Below are positions 31,135 through 41,983 of a DNA stretch of 64,000 nt, in pieces. The DNA lies in the NCBI GenBank assembly GCA_011605725.1, contig JAAOZP010000004.1, positions 160,001 to 224,000 on the forward strand, in the 5' to 3' direction. Origin of the DNA: Nitrososphaerota archaeon. Lineage in GTDB: Archaea > Thermoproteota > EX4484-205 > JAAOZP01. The notes below the pieces were generated by a model, which saw nothing but the letters and a program-made list of their open reading frames with translations, was not told where the DNA came from and searched no databases. The position numbers and the translations under genes are program-made. Every line of letters starts with the position of its first letter. The first letter of the stretch is position 1.

Positions 31135-32185
31135 TCAGTAAGAAAGTTGTAGTGCTTTCATCCACTCTATGTATTTAGTTAGGTTAAACGGCGGGCTTCC
31201 AAGTAAGTAGTGATTCAAAAATTTTTTACCGTCTGTTTCCCATTCTATGACAAGCATTTTGTTCTCCTCTACTTACTCTAATTTTTCCTAGAGTAGCCTT
31301 GCTATAGGGACTAATTGAAAAATCGCCTGAGCTTAACTCTTCTTTTGTATCAGCATCAAAAACTCTGTGACTTCCTGTCTTTTCCAAAAAGGTATCGTTT
31401 ACCCCAACTACTTTTATATGCCACTCCTCAGGTTCGCTTACCATTATACAGAAAGGTTCTTGAACTCTCTTTACGTAATAATAAGCAAGCTTTTTTTGAA
31501 GTAGTAGTCGACAATAGCATCTGAAATTTGGGGCCAACAATCTATAACATTCCACCATATGATGCCCCAGATTTTGTTAGATAGTCGAGCTCTTTCTACG
31601 AAGAACTTTAATGCTTCGGCTTGAGTAATTTGACTTGCAAGTATAAAGTCGTTAAGGTTTTCGGGAATGAAACCGAAAAGTTCTTTCACCTGGTTAGCCA
31701 TAAGCTCAATTCTGTTGTACTCTCTTTTTCTTGTTTTCCAGTGATCTACTGCATGAGCTCTCCAGTATTCGTTATTCCAAGGCCATAAGTAACCTTCAGG
31801 AATGAACTTCTTTAGACTTTCTAGCCTTGGACAACCATGATAGCCTATCTCACTAATGAAGGAAGCTTTACTTTCTGTATAGAACCGGCTCTTGCAGTAA
31901 TCTCTAGGTCCCCACAAGTGCATTTCTGGTGGAGAAAACCTTTCACTTTGACCAACAACTTTATCAGAAAGATATGGCGAAGAAGGAACGTATGGCCTAT
32001 AAGGATCTAATTGCTTACATACTGATGGTAAGACTTTTCTCGTTAGCACGTTGTCTGAAGGTCGAAGATTCTCTGAAATGTATGCATAATCACACTCGTT
32101 ATCACCGCACCAAAGGATTAAGCTTGGATGATTTCTCAACCTTTTTATGATCTTCTTTGCCTCTTCATATATTTCCTTCTGAAAC
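31135..32185 (-). pseudogene. GH2 beta-mannosidase, C-terminal fragment with frameshifts
   Basis: RLRNHPSLILWCGDNE, FISEIGYHG, WWNVIDCWPQISDAIVDYY; cut at motif 32186. Confidence 0.85.
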
Positions 32186-32197
32186 TAGCGCGCGCGG

Positions 32198-32848
32198 GGG
32201 CTCCGGTTCATTCGACATAAAGGTAGAAGTCGGGAAGCACCTAGTTGGTGGAGGAATCTATTTTGAACTTCTTTCACTGGACTTCGAAGATGTTTTCTCA
32301 GAGTACAAGAGGGTTTTGACCAGTTTCATCCTAACCGGTAGAGAAGTGAAAGCAAAGGTTGCGTTTGAAAATGAATTTAAAAACCTGCTTGAAGAATACC
32401 TAATATTCGGCGGTTTCCCGCGATCGTTAAGGAAAATGACCAAGAGATTAAAAAAGAGCTTCTCAGAAACCTTGTGAGAACCTACTTGGAGAAAGACATC
32501 TTTTTCTTTCTGAACGTGAGGCATATTGAAAAATTCAGAAATCTGCTTCAATATCTAAGCTTAAACATCGGTTCCATGCTTGAAGTATCGTCAGTGATGA
32601 GTGAGCTCAAAATGGATTTCAGAACAGTCTAGTCTTATCTCGCCATCTTGGAAAATACCTATTTAATCTCCCTCGTCAAGCCTTTTCACAAAAACCTCAT
32701 AACCGAGCTTAAAAAGACGAGGAAGATTTACTTTAACGACCTTGGCTTGAGAAACGCGGCCATAAACAATTTCGTCCAAACCGGAAGCAGAACAGATAAG
32801 GGTAGTCTTATTGAAAACTTCATACTGAATGAGCTTAAGACAAGTTTC
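32198..32848 (+). pseudogene. Internal fragment of archaeal AAA+ ATPase (DUF4143-type)
   Basis: EYLIFGGFP, TYLEKDI, KIYFNDLGLRN, GSLIENFI; both ends are motif copies. Confidence 0.85.
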
Positions 32849-32885
32849 GAGCGCGCGCGTGCAGGCGGAATGCTTATAGCTCGAC

Positions 32886-33620
32886 TTGTCTAACGAACCA
32901 ACTATGAGAAAGCTGCTCCTAAAATGCACAGGACCATTTAGGTCGGGCAAGATAGTCGATAGACCAAATAGGTTCATTCTTCGCGTGAGGATGAACTCTT
33001 CCGTCGAAAGAGTTTACTTCCCAAATCCTGGCAAGCTACACACCGTCATAGCACCAGGCCGCGAGGTCCTCTGCAAGCCGGCAACAATTGAAGGACGCAA
33101 AACCAACTTCAGCGCCTTCGCCGTCCGGCTGAGCAAGTTCTATGTGACCGTGAACTCGTCTTTTGCAAATACCATTTTCTCAACTGCAGTTGATAAGGGA
33201 ATTCTAAGCGAGTTTAGAGGTTACGTGATATCTTCACGTGAACGCTTGGTTCCGAATTACGGGCGGATTGACTTCGTTCTCCGCAACACAAAAAATAGAC
33301 ATGTTTATGTGGAAGTGAAGTCCTGCACGCATGTTGAAAAAGGTGTTGCGAAGTTCCCAGATAGGCCGACTGTGCGGGGGAGGCGGCATCTTGCGATTTT
33401 GTCGAGGTTAGCTGAGAAAGGGGTGAGATGTTACGTAATCTTCATCATTCAGAGGCCCGATGCGCAGTCGTTTGAGCCCTTCAGGGAAGTTGACCCGGAA
33501 TTTGCAAGTCTGCTAGCAAATGCTGCCAGGGTCGGGGTCAAAATAATGGCAATGACGACTGAATTTATGCCACCAAACCTCTATCTTAAACGCGAGGACT
33601 TGCCAATAAAATTTGTATAA
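32886..33620 (+). CDS. sfsA: Sugar fermentation stimulation protein A (DNA-binding nuclease family)
   Basis: RPNRF, PNPG, RIDF, VEVKSCT, FPDRPTVRGRRHL. Confidence 0.92.
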   Translation: MSNEPTMRKLLLKCTGPFRSGKIVDRPNRFILRVRMNSSVERVYFPNPGKLHTVIAPGREVLCKPATIEGRKTNFSAFAVRLSKFYVTVNSSFANTIFSTAVDKGILSEFRGYVISSRERLVPNYGRIDFVLRNTKNRHVYVEVKSCTHVEKGVAKFPDRPTVRGRRHLAILSRLAEKGVRCYVIFIIQRPDAQSFEPFREVDPEFASLLANAARVGVKIMAMTTEFMPPNLYLKREDLPIKFV

Positions 33621-33645
33621 TATCTGGTGATCAGAACGCGCGCTA

Positions 33646-34005
33646 TGGTAGCTAAGCCGTAAACTGCGCCATAGAGGAAAATGCCGGTAAGACCCTTTCG
33701 TTTTTGGACCTTTATGCGTGCCCAAAAAGCTGGAAGTCTGATCTCTATTATCATGGCAACACCCATAAGGACCATGGCTGGACCTGCGACTAGTTCAAAG
33801 AGCGGCATGTACTGAGATACAAAATTGCCCAGTACGGAGGCGACAGTGCCAATCACAGAGAACACTGCGATTAGGCCTAGAGCGCAGGCAACTCCTCTTG
33901 GAACCGCCTTTTCCAAGGAAGGTTTAGTTCCTATATAATATGATATATAGCCTGGGAGCATTGGAAAGCCGCATGGAGAAAAAGCGCAAATATACCAGCA
34001 GTGAG
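33646..34005 (-). pseudogene. CcdA/DsbD-type cytochrome c biogenesis protein, internal fragment
   Basis: TAGIFAL-SPCGFPMLPGYISY...LYGAVYGLA; both ends are motif copies; one frameshift. Confidence 0.8.
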
Positions 34006-34092
34006 GAGCGCGCGCGCCGCAACAGCAGCGATGATAACTCCTAGAAGGATCAACATTTTCGGTTCATACTTCCATTTCCTTAGCATTCCAAC

Positions 34093-34698
34093 TCATCTCT
34101 TTACCATCTCTTTGGTTTGGATGTAGGCTCCGTGCCAGTTATGATACCAGACCTGACCCGTGTAGGCGTTCACGCTGAGCATACCATAGGTTTTCCCATC
34201 CTTTTCGACATGGATCGTGTAGTACCCGTAGAAGGGATGCACATCCCCAGCTATGGCGCCTGGAAGGTATGTGTCCATCCATCTCTGAGCGTACTCCTTC
34301 GCCTGATCCACACTGACCGATTTGTTTCCGATCCTTGCCATCCAGCCCATCATGCCATGCATCCCATACTTGGTGTTCCACATAATGTTCGGTCCCTGTT
34401 CGGGTCGAATGTAGTCGTTGCCCATCATTTTCATCATCCTTCCTGTGCCCGGCTTATCGATGATCATCTCAAACGCCCCAATGCCCGTGCTCCTCTCGTA
34501 ATAGACAACGTAGAAGTTAAGCTCGAACTCCATGATCTCGTCAATCGCCAAATCCTCGTTGTTTAATGACTTTAAATAGTTCTCAGCGATCCTGATCGCA
34601 TCGTCCATTGTGACTAGGCCTTGCCACCCAACCCCCACGCCCTGCATTGGACACATTATTCCAAGCCCCCACATGGCAAAGGGTGCCAGAGAAAACAT
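34093..34698 (-). CDS. Met/Gly-rich secreted protein with PepSY-like repeats (start may extend to about 34764)
   Basis: GAFEMIID, PEQGPNIMWNTKYGM, FYGYYTIH, GMLSVNAYTGQVWYHNWHG. Confidence 0.7.
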   Translation of the reverse strand: MFSLAPFAMWGLGIMCPMQGVGVGWQGLVTMDDAIRIAENYLKSLNNEDLAIDEIMEFELNFYVVYYERSTGIGAFEMIIDKPGTGRMMKMMGNDYIRPEQGPNIMWNTKYGMHGMMGWMARIGNKSVSVDQAKEYAQRWMDTYLPGAIAGDVHPFYGYYTIHVEKDGKTYGMLSVNAYTGQVWYHNWHGAYIQTKEMVKR

Positions 34699-34760
34699 AA
34701 GTCCAAGGGACCCCGCTATGATTAACGCTGTTCCTATCGTTATCCTGTTTTTGCTCCGGC

Positions 34761-34871
34761 TCAGGATTCCAACTCCTCCTTCATCTTCAGGTACTGTTCC
34801 CTCGTGATCTCGCCCCTAGCGTATCGTTCCTTTAGGATCTCAAGGGCCCTTCCCTCGCCCCTGGATTCTGA
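34761..34871 (-). pseudogene. SHOCT domain C-terminal fragment
   Basis: ALEILKERYARGEITREQYLKMKEEL*; cut at motif 34872. Confidence 0.8.
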
Positions 34872-35087
34872 TAGCGCGCGCCGGGATTCAAGATCCTTCC
34901 AAATCCCCCCAACCCCCTCGGGAACCCTTCAGAGTGCCCTCTTCATGGTGGCGCGCGGTGAGGCCCCACCAGAGCGCAAGCTACATTCAGCGTAGCTTAC
35001 GCATAGTCATCAAAAACCCATTTCAAGCAGCCTTGTATTAGCGAGGTAAAGTTAATTAAGCCTTGCCGCATAATTGAAGACAGAAGA

Positions 35088-35297
35088 ATGAGCGAAGTAA
35101 CTTTGAGTATGGTGTATGAAGAGGTTAGGAAGCTGAGTAAGAAGCTGGATTTCCTTGAGGAGATAATTGAAGAAATAGTGATAAGGGAGCTGCCGAAGGC
35201 TAGGCTGAGTGACGAGGAGGTTTCAGAGATTAAAAGCTCGCTGGAGCAGATGAAGAAGGGCGATTACGTTACTTTAGAGGAATTGATGAATGCCTGA
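35088..35297 (+). CDS. RelB-like antitoxin
   Basis: Small acidic ORF ending KGDYVTLEEL; overlaps relE. Confidence 0.75.
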   Translation: MSEVTLSMVYEEVRKLSKKLDFLEEIIEEIVIRELPKARLSDEEVSEIKSSLEQMKKGDYVTLEELMNA

Positions 35298-35573
35298 ATA
35301 TAGGGTTCTTGCCCATAGGAGAGTACTTAAATTCCTTAAACAACTGGAAGATGAGAATCTAAAAACAGGCTTAAAGAAACGATTCTTAGACTTAAAGACT
35401 ACCCGGTTATTCTGAGAAGGCTTGATGTCGAAAAACTTGAGAACCTAGAAGGAGGCTACAGGGTCCGCTCTGGGGAATATAGAATCATCTTCATAGTTGA
35501 TAAGAAGGAGAAGATAATCTTTATCACTCATATTGGTAAAAGAGAATCAATATACGAGAAAGAAATTAAATAG
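35290..35573 (+). pseudogene. RelE/ParE toxin, frameshifted in an A-run near 35362
   Basis: YRVLAHRRVLKFL / LDVEKLE..YRVRSGEYRIIF..GKRESIY. Confidence 0.8.
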
Positions 35574-35586
35574 CACATGAAACCCT

Positions 35587-35662
35587 TTACTCTTCGTCCG
35601 GGTCGGGCAGGTCCCAGTCAGGGTCAAGCTTGACTCGGCCTAGGGGCTTTCTTAAGCATTAT
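35587..35662 (-). pseudogene. ppsA: PEP synthase 3'-end fragment A
   Basis: [24 protein letters not shown]; matches tail of copy E. Confidence 0.75.
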
Positions 35663-35701
35663 GGAAACGCTTAAATTCTCCAAACTGATTGTCAATTAGA
35701 A

Positions 35702-35884
35702 GTGTCAGAGGTGGAGGCTACACTTAGGGAAATTAGGGAGGAGCTGAGGGAGATTAGGCTTCTGTATAAGGAGTTGATCGAGAGGCTCATACCTGTTGAG
35801 GAACCGTTAAGCGATGAGAAAGAGGCTATTGAGAGCAGCGATGAAACAGTAGGTGAGGAAGAACTCTTAAAGGCTCTGGATTAA
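35702..35884 (+). CDS. RelB-like antitoxin
   Basis: Small acidic ORF (LIPVEEPLSDEKEAI) directly upstream of relE. Confidence 0.75.
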   Translation: MSEVEATLREIREELREIRLLYKELIERLIPVEEPLSDEKEAIESSDETVGEEELLKALD

Positions 35885-35885
35885 A

Positions 35886-36149
35886 TTGATTAAAATAGAG
35901 GCTAAAAAGAGAGTATTAAAAACATTAAGAGATTTAGACAGGGATAGGAAAAACAGGATTAAAGAAGCCCTCCTCATCCTAAGCAACGATCCTCTACCTT
36001 TTAAAAAGCTTGATGTTATAAAGCTAAAAGGCTACGAGAACACGTATCGCATCAGGATCGGAGGCTTAAGAATAGTGTATGAGGTAAACTGGGACGAGAA
36101 AAAGATCATCATCCACTTCATAGGGCCCAGGGAGAAAGCCTATAAATAA
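35886..36149 (+). CDS. RelE/ParE toxin
   Basis: DVIKLKGYENTYRIRIGGLRIVY..IGPREKAY. Confidence 0.9.
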   Translation: MIKIEAKKRVLKTLRDLDRDRKNRIKEALLILSNDPLPFKKLDVIKLKGYENTYRIRIGGLRIVYEVNWDEKKIIIHFIGPREKAYK

Positions 36150-36154
36150 AGACT

Positions 36155-36250
36155 CTACTCTTTATCAGGAAGATCTCAGCCATGATCTGTTTTAACTTGG
36201 CCCAGTGCTTCTCCAGTATTATTCTTTGCTCAACGCTTGCAACGAGTTAT
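36155..36250 (-). pseudogene. ppsA: PEP synthase 3'-end fragment B
   Basis: LVASVEQRIILEK..GQVKTDH..DLPDKE*; cut by motif 36252. Confidence 0.75.
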
Positions 36251-36620
36251 GTAGCGCGCGCTTTCGAAGCTTATAAGGCCCTTATTAACTATGTTAGAGA
36301 GAGGCTGCTCCCTCTTCGCTTTTAACCTTCATAAACAGGCTTTTGACAGATAAAAAACGCTTAAAGCGCGCGCTCCTCCTCTTAAAAAACTGCTTCAAGA
36401 AATTCTGAAGCAATTAACAGGATAGAATTTAATTTTAGAATCTGTCGTTATTCAGTTACATTTTAAAATTTTAACTATGAATTATTAAAGCGCCGTTTTT
36501 AAGGCTTTCTTAGCGCGCGCACAGCAGGCTTTGCTCACAATACCCATTTGACACCATAGTTTTCTCTAGGCTTTCGTAAAAAGCTTATAGACCTAAACAT
36601 GTATACTAAACTGAAGCTGG

Positions 36621-38294
36621 ATGAACCATGAGTATTCCGTTCTTGTAGGTGGACAGGCAGGGGATGGAATAAGATTGGCAGGCTACGCTGTAGCAAAGCT
36701 TTTTAACAGACTTGGCTACTGGGTTTTTGCGTACAACGATTATCAGTCGCTAATAAGGGGGGGTCACAACTTCTCCATAATAAGAGCAGCTGAAAAGAGG
36801 ATAGAGGCGCATAAAGAAAGGGTCAACATAATTATAGCTATGAATCAGGACACTGTGGATAAGCATAATTGGAGGTTGGAGAATGAAAAACTGATTATTT
36901 TCGACTCAAACAACGTTAAGGCTGATGGGCTTGGTTTACCTCTAACCGAGATTGTGAAAAACAGGGGCTTGCCCCTAATCGCTAGGAACTCTGTTTCACT
37001 TGGCGCTTTAGCATCAGTGTTAGGTTTAGAATTTTCTTTGATCGAAAACGTGATAAGGAGTTCTTTAAGGAGGAGCATAGATGAGAACATAGCTGTAGCC
37101 AGAGAAGGATACGAGGCCGCCAGTAATCATAAGGGCTACTTCAGGATTCCTGTAGTTCACGGGTCTCAGCCAAAGCTGCTTCTTTCCGGAAACGAAGCTG
37201 TAGGGCTTGGTGCCGTCAGAGCCGGATTAAAACTATACGTGGCTTACCCTATGACGCCATCAACTCCTCTTCTTCACTATTTAGCCAATAATTCTGACGA
37301 ATTTGGACTACGAGCGATTCAACCAGAGAACGAAATCGCCGCCATAGGGATTGCTCAAGGTGCAGCATACGCCGGGATAAGATCAATGGTTGGAACCTCG
37401 GGCGGTGGCTTTTGCCTGATGGTAGAGCATTTAAGCCTAGCCGGCCAAGCCGAAATCCCCATTTTAATAATGATCGGTGAGAGGCCGGGACCGGCGATCG
37501 GGCTTCCCACCTATCACGCGCAGGGAGAGCTCTTGTTCTCGATATTCGCTGGACATGGAGAATTTCCAAGAATAGTTGCTTCCCCAGGCGATCCGGAAGA
37601 GGCATTCTACTTGTCTGCAGAAATGTTAAACTTAGCTTGGAAGTTTCAAGTTCCTGCAATACTGCTCGCAGATTACTGTCTTCTCGAAAGCACTTTCTCA
37701 ACAATTATAGATGAAGAAAAAGTAATTATTGAAAATCCAAAAATGTGGACAGGAGAAGGCGAATACAAGCGTTACTTGCAAACAGGAAATGGTGTTTCGC
37801 CTCTGGCTTTCCCAGGAATGGAGAAAGCGATAGTAAAATCAAACAGCTATGAGCATGACGAATTTGGCATAACGACAGAAGATCCAGAGTTAACTAAGCA
37901 GGGTGCTGAGAAAAGGATTAAAAAAAGCGTAGCAATAGAAAATGAGCTTAAGAAGAAAACGACTGTAAAAACATATGGGAACCCCATGAGTCAAATCGTT
38001 CTTATTACTTGGGGATCGACAAAAGGGGGTGTAGCTGAGATTGCAGAGAAGCATGGCCTTAGTGTTATTCAACCTTTGTATCTGAATCCTCTACCAGTCT
38101 GGGAAATTGAGAAATATCTCTCTAAAGCCGAGAAGACTATTTGCATTGAAGCAAATTCAACTGGTCAATTAGCTAAATGGATGAAATACCATGGCTTTAG
38201 GATTGATGAAACCATTCTAAAATATGATGGAAGACCATTCACTATAGACTACCTTGAGGAGAAAATTAAGAGGGTGATTAGCAATGAGCATTAA
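36621..38294 (+). CDS. 2-oxoacid:ferredoxin oxidoreductase alpha subunit (gamma-alpha fusion)
   Basis: GGQAGDG, YQSLIRGGHN, YPMTPST, ENEIAA, TSGGGF, EHDEFG. Confidence 0.93.
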   Translation: MNHEYSVLVGGQAGDGIRLAGYAVAKLFNRLGYWVFAYNDYQSLIRGGHNFSIIRAAEKRIEAHKERVNIIIAMNQDTVDKHNWRLENEKLIIFDSNNVKADGLGLPLTEIVKNRGLPLIARNSVSLGALASVLGLEFSLIENVIRSSLRRSIDENIAVAREGYEAASNHKGYFRIPVVHGSQPKLLLSGNEAVGLGAVRAGLKLYVAYPMTPSTPLLHYLANNSDEFGLRAIQPENEIAAIGIAQGAAYAGIRSMVGTSGGGFCLMVEHLSLAGQAEIPILIMIGERPGPAIGLPTYHAQGELLFSIFAGHGEFPRIVASPGDPEEAFYLSAEMLNLAWKFQVPAILLADYCLLESTFSTIIDEEKVIIENPKMWTGEGEYKRYLQTGNGVSPLAFPGMEKAIVKSNSYEHDEFGITTEDPELTKQGAEKRIKKSVAIENELKKKTTVKTYGNPMSQIVLITWGSTKGGVAEIAEKHGLSVIQPLYLNPLPVWEIEKYLSKAEKTICIEANSTGQLAKWMKYHGFRIDETILKYDGRPFTIDYLEEKIKRVISNEH

Positions 38295-39156
38295 GCTAGA
38301 GGATTTATCAACCTATGCTAAAAACACATGGTGCCCAGGATGCGGGAATTTTGGTATAGAAAGAGCAGCTAAGCAAGCTTTTATTGAACTCATAAACGAG
38401 GATAAAGTTAAAAGAGAAAAAATAGTAATGGTAACTGGTATAGGCTGCCATGGAAAAATCGCTGATTATATTAATGTAAATTCATTTTACTCTCTTCATG
38501 GAAGAGCTATTGCACCTGCAATTGGAATGAAGCTAGCAAACCCAACTCTGAATATTGTAGTATTCGTGGGAGACGGAGATGCCTTAGGGGAAGGATTGGA
38601 GCATACGGTATTTGCAGCTAAGAAAAATGTCGATATAACCGTAATAGTTCACGATAACAGAGTATATGCATTAACAACAGGCCAGTTTACCCCCACATCT
38701 CCAAAAGGATTCCGAGGAGGTTCGACACCTAAAGGTTCTCCTGAAGAACCATTGAACCCTATCGAACTAATGCTGGTTAGCGGGGCAACTTTTATAGCTA
38801 GAGCCTATAGCGCAAACCTGAACCACACGAAGGAACTCTTTAAGCAAGCAATATTGCATAAAGGTTTTGCGTTTGTAGATGTACTCCAACCATGCTACAC
38901 GTTCTTCGATACTTACAAGTATTATGGACCAAGGGTTTATGATCTTCAACAGGATGGTCATAATCCTTTAGATTGGGAGGCGGCGCTAGCAAGGGCAAAA
39001 GAATGGAATTATGGTGGGGAGGAGGCAAAGAGGATACCTATTGGGCTCTTCTTTAAAGCCGATAAAACTACATATGAGGATGCTGTGCTCTCCGGAAAGG
39101 ACTTGTATGATAAGAGTACACCTAGGATCAATATGGTCCTCCGGAGTCATGTGTAA
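38284..39156 (+). CDS. 2-oxoacid:ferredoxin oxidoreductase beta subunit
   Basis: WCPGCGNF, GIGC, HGRA, GDGD..N (TPP motif), LQPC. Confidence 0.93.
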   Translation: MSIKLEDLSTYAKNTWCPGCGNFGIERAAKQAFIELINEDKVKREKIVMVTGIGCHGKIADYINVNSFYSLHGRAIAPAIGMKLANPTLNIVVFVGDGDALGEGLEHTVFAAKKNVDITVIVHDNRVYALTTGQFTPTSPKGFRGGSTPKGSPEEPLNPIELMLVSGATFIARAYSANLNHTKELFKQAILHKGFAFVDVLQPCYTFFDTYKYYGPRVYDLQQDGHNPLDWEAALARAKEWNYGGEEAKRIPIGLFFKADKTTYEDAVLSGKDLYDKSTPRINMVLRSHV

Positions 39157-39694
39157 ACAAGCCGCTACCAAGTTGCATGAATCTCGGAACATATTGATGA
39201 ACTGGCTGAGAAAAAGAGCCTTCACTCCGGGTAAGCTTATTATGAGGGTAGAGAACAAGAAATAGACTAAAGCTAAATATAAAGGAGGCCGCATTAATTG
39301 ATATGATGGAACACGTGGAGAAGCCTAAAGAGGCGATTAGAATACGTGTGCTAGTTTTAGTAACTGTGATATAAAGTATACTTTTTGACTTAGCACGTGG
39401 TAGTATAACTCTGAATTTCAGTGGCGGCTTAGTTCGTGCAATTTTCATCATGTCTCTAGGCACCGTGTAGAATAAATTGGCAATTTTAGCCCCCTTGACT
39501 GTAGTTAGCAGCCTGACTTTATTGTTTATCGACATATGTACGGATGGCGTCGGCATGGTCCGGTTCAGCGTGATTCACACCACGCGCGCGCTAGTCCATT
39601 CCACTTCTTTTCTTTAGAAAGAAGTCTTCAGTTTGCAAGAAAAATTCGAAAAAACCTTATATTATACGCTATGCTCCCCCTATTTTTCCTCGGG

Positions 39695-40819
39695 ATGAAA
39701 AGAATTCTCATAATCGGTGGAGGCTACTCTGGTACAGAGATAATAAGGCAGCTTGTCCTAAGAGGGGTTAGAGGCATTGAGGTGGAACTCATATCTGTCG
39801 GGCGTTATTTTGAGAACACGATAGCTGGCACAGAAGTTATAAGCGAAAAACTGAGAGCAGAAGACCTCAGGTATGACTTACAGCTGCTCTCAGACTACTG
39901 GGGTTTCAGCCTAACAGCCGGCAGGGTCACTAAGATTAACCTAGACGAGAAGGTCGTTAAGCTAGAGAACGGTGAGAGAGAGTACGATGTTCTTGTAGTT
40001 GCTTCAGGTTCAGTTCCAAACTTTTACGACGTGAAGGGTTTCGACCTAGCGCTCCCTAGCTACCGTCTCTCCGATTTTGAGCAAATAAACAGAAGTTTAA
40101 AAAGATTAAACAATGATCGTCCGAGAGTTATAATAGTTGGAGCCGGGTATGTGGGTTTGGAAGTAGCCGCGGAGATAATGGACTTCTTCAAATCATCAGG
40201 AAGGAAGGCGGAGGTCATTGTTGTCGAGAAGACGGGCCACGTCCTTCCTGGTTTCAACAATGAGGCTGCTAGAAGAATGACTCTTGAAGCCATGAGCTCA
40301 AGGGGCATAGGCTTCAACTTCGGGAAGGGGGTTAAGCGCATAGCTGAGGGGAAAGTGGTGCTGGAGGACGGCAGTGAGCTTCAATCCGACTTGACGATCT
40401 GGTCAGGGGGTGTAAAGGGTTCTGAGCTCGCGTTGAACACTATTGGGGCCAGCCTGCATAATAGTTACATCCATGTTGATGAAAAGCTATTGATCAAGGG
40501 ACGGCTGGACGCCTTCGCGATCGGTGACGCGGCTTACGTAGAGACCGGTGGAAGCGTGGCCCAGAAGATGGCTGGCGAGGCCCTCGAGCAGGCCGTGACG
40601 ACTGCTAGGAACATAATTTCTATAATAGGCGGCCAGAAACCCAGCGTCGAGCATAAGATAAACTACTCTGTCAACTTCCCTAAGGTATTGCTCTCCCTTG
40701 GCGAGGGCAAAGCGCTACTGATCTTCGGCCCGCATTATGCAAGCCTTGGAAGCACTGAGTATTTCTTGAAGAGAAGAATCGACGTTGAGGAAATGATGGG
40801 AAGGTTCCCACGTGCATGA
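39695..40819 (+). CDS. NDH-2/SQR-like FAD-dependent oxidoreductase
   Basis: Likely start MKRILIIGGGYSG at 39695; IIVGAGYVGLEVAAE, FAIGD. Confidence 0.88.
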   Translation: MKRILIIGGGYSGTEIIRQLVLRGVRGIEVELISVGRYFENTIAGTEVISEKLRAEDLRYDLQLLSDYWGFSLTAGRVTKINLDEKVVKLENGEREYDVLVVASGSVPNFYDVKGFDLALPSYRLSDFEQINRSLKRLNNDRPRVIIVGAGYVGLEVAAEIMDFFKSSGRKAEVIVVEKTGHVLPGFNNEAARRMTLEAMSSRGIGFNFGKGVKRIAEGKVVLEDGSELQSDLTIWSGGVKGSELALNTIGASLHNSYIHVDEKLLIKGRLDAFAIGDAAYVETGGSVAQKMAGEALEQAVTTARNIISIIGGQKPSVEHKINYSVNFPKVLLSLGEGKALLIFGPHYASLGSTEYFLKRRIDVEEMMGRFPRA

Positions 40820-40915
40820 TTTTGCCATAGTCAAAAAAATGGTAGGATGAAGTTTCAATTCGACAAACTATGGCACCCTATTGTTGAAACCCCTCAGTAA
40901 TTGCCGATTAGTACG

Positions 40916-40927
40916 TAGCGCGCGCTA
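40916..40927. repeat. Perfect consensus palindrome TAGCGCGCGCTA (also at 42675, 43782; 14-bp version at 44682)
   Basis: Read directly. Confidence 0.95.
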
Positions 40928-41148
40928 AGCAAGGTTCCGAGAATGAGGTAATGAGTCAGTAGGCCGAAGGATTCGAACCCTACTAATTAGAAGCAGTCTT
41001 TTTTATCAAAATCCCTTTCGTTGATCAAAGATTGGGTTGTCATCTTTGTTTGAACTCTCAATATGGATTACAACTAGGCTTAATATGTAGCGTGCGCTAG
41101 TGGAGAAAATATATAAGAAACCTAAAGGAATTACAATATTGACCGAAT

Positions 41149-41649
41149 GTGTTTGATAGGACGCAGTATGTTGTAGAGAAAAAGTTGTTAACAGTGTTAA
41201 CGTTAGGGGAGACCTATGACATCAAGGATGTGAACGGGAACCTGTTGGGCTACATTAAAAGGAACTCAAAATTTTGGTTTGAGGGAATGGACGGATCCCG
41301 CCAAGGTGAAATCCGGGATGTGGGTGGTGCATACGAGGTTTACGATGCTCGAAATCAGCTTCGAGCTACTGTAGTATGGGCTGGGGGACTGGGGCTCCGA
41401 AGTAGTAAGTGGCAGATGAAAGATCCTCAGGGCCAGCAATTGGCCATAGCCGAGGGTGACTTTTTGGGACGTAATTATCGCATCCTAGCGCCAGACGGAA
41501 GCGCCATAGCCCAGATACACAAGAAATGGGCATCCACGAGCTGGCAATCCTATCGCATCGATATTTCACGCCAAGGTTTCGATCCCTTCTTGATCTTGAG
41601 TTACGTTGTAGTCGATATTTCACAACAAGTGACGGTGTACTACCCCTGA
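41149..41649 (+). CDS. LURP-one/scramblase (tubby-C-like) family protein
   Basis: Repeated YDIKDVNGNLLG / YEVYDARNQL / YRILAPDGSAIAQIHKKW, YRIDI. Confidence 0.75.
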   Translation: MFDRTQYVVEKKLLTVLTLGETYDIKDVNGNLLGYIKRNSKFWFEGMDGSRQGEIRDVGGAYEVYDARNQLRATVVWAGGLGLRSSKWQMKDPQGQQLAIAEGDFLGRNYRILAPDGSAIAQIHKKWASTSWQSYRIDISRQGFDPFLILSYVVVDISQQVTVYYP

Positions 41650-41852
41650 CCGATTTAGCTACAAGCAGAGGAAAACCTCTTTGAATGTCAGGGAACCAGA
41701 TGCCTCCAGCTCGCACCTGACCGTTGCAGAGAGCTTGGACTTTAACGACGCCATGATTCCTTCTGTTATAGCGCGCGCCTAACGTCAAAGGTACGCGAGT
41801 CCAACTAGAGCGTGCGTATGGAGATATTAAAAGCCAAAAAGATGATTCAAAA

Positions 41853-41960
41853 CTATTCCTTGTCATGGTCAACCTTGACTTGGCCGAGAGCCTTCTCAAG
41901 CATTATGCGTTGCTCAATAGATGCAACAAGCTTACGTGTAAACACCGCAGCGTCAGGATT
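41853..41960 (-). pseudogene. ppsA: PEP synthase 3'-end fragment C
   Basis: [35 protein letters not shown]. Confidence 0.85.
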
Positions 41961-41983
41961 TAAGCGAGAGAACGCGACTGTTG

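Noticed and set aside
39536-39694. N-terminal extension of the 427-aa oxidoreductase ORF
   Set aside because: It crosses a motif junction; the Rossmann fold starts at ATG 39695
40959-40983. tRNA-like 3' fragment on the minus strand (GGGTTCGAATCCTTCGGCCTAC), possible att remnant
   Set aside because: Only a T-loop-like match of about 20 nt; no cloverleaf, second copy or integrase
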